Origin: an uncultured delta proteobacterium
Lineage (GTDB): Bacteria > Myxococcota_A > Polyangia > Polyangiales > Polyangiaceae
Reading direction: 5' to 3'
NCBI GenBank assembly: GCA_963782055.1
Contig: CAWAIF010000003.1
Span: forward strand, 1,824,001-1,888,000
Length of the DNA stretch: 64,000 nt
The notes beneath the pieces are model-generated. The model was not told where the DNA came from. It ran no database searches and saw only the letters and a program-made list of their open reading frames with translations. Position 1 is the stretch's first letter. Each line of letters opens with the position of its first letter. Shown piece by piece: positions 63,513 to 64,000 of this stretch. The translations under genes and the position numbers were made by a program.

Positions 63513-64000
63513 TGCGCGCGCGGGTCCTCGGCGTGGCGCTGGCGCTCGCCGCCGCCGGCTGCTCCGCGGCGTTTCACGAGACGGCGCCGCCGCCTCACGT
63601 CGTCACTCACGTGCGTGTCGCCGGCGCGCGCCTGGCCGTGACGTGGGTCGGCCACGCCACGATGCTCGTGCAGATGGACGACCGCTACGTGCTCACCGAC
63701 CCCGTCTTCACGACGCTGATCGGCGGCTTCTCGCGGCGCAAGGTGGGCGTGCCGCTCGACCCGAAGAGCCTGCCGCCGCTCGACGCCGTGCTCGTCTCGC
63801 ACGTCCACTTCGATCACCTCTCGCTCGGCTCGCTCGCCGCGATCGAGCCGAAGGTGCGACGCCTCTACATGCCGGAGGGCGGGCTCGAGTACCTGACCGA
63901 CTTCTCCTTCGACGCGGTGGACCTGGCGCGCTTCGAGACGGTGGACGACCGCGGGCTGCGGATCACCGCGGTGCCCGTCCATCACGTCGGCGGGCGCTAC
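63512..64000 (+). CDS. MBL-fold metallo-hydrolase lipoprotein (runs off the window)
   Basis: Translated by hand: MRARVLGVALALAAAGC...VTWVGHATMLV..LTDPVF..LDAVLVSHVHFDHL. Confidence 0.85.
   Translation, partial: MRARVLGVALALAAAGCSAAFHETAPPPHVVTHVRVAGARLAVTWVGHATMLVQMDDRYVLTDPVFTTLIGGFSRRKVGVPLDPKSLPPLDAVLVSHVHFDHLSLGSLAAIEPKVRRLYMPEGGLEYLTDFSFDAVDLARFETVDDRGLRITAVPVHHVGGRY

Overview
High-GC (~70-75%) chromosomal segment whose gene repertoire resembles Myxococcota/Polyangiales (inferred from the ECF-FecR module, Ser/Thr kinases with PEGA/TPR partners and many Cys-rich lipoproteins). Housekeeping genes include gap-pgk-tpiA-secG, pfk, rlmD-like/tilS/ftsH, mnmA, rpsT and tRNA-Glu(TTC). The standout is a complete, lower-GC lasso-peptide (RiPP) cluster at ~9.45-15.07 kb. 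Its 54-aa precursor (9531-9695) is too short for the ORF track: leader YVAPRLVELGKVRDLT-A, predicted core AGGASSTDGGFTRRP. It is followed by an Asn-synthetase-like cyclase, an HPr-kinase-like kinase, a PqqD/RRE (B1), a leader peptidase (B2), a Cys-rich lipoprotein and an ABC exporter. The core has no C-terminal Ser, which is the known target of paeninodin-type kinases. Other observations: an orphan T3SS inner-rod-like gene near a FliA/WhiG-type sigma factor, a tandem pair of paralogous HEAT-repeat envelope proteins, a heme-c beta-barrel paired with YceI, single-base frameshifts in yacG and the secG tail, a dispersed intergenic repeat, and several candidate promoters. All family assignments come from motif recognition by eye; no database searches were run.
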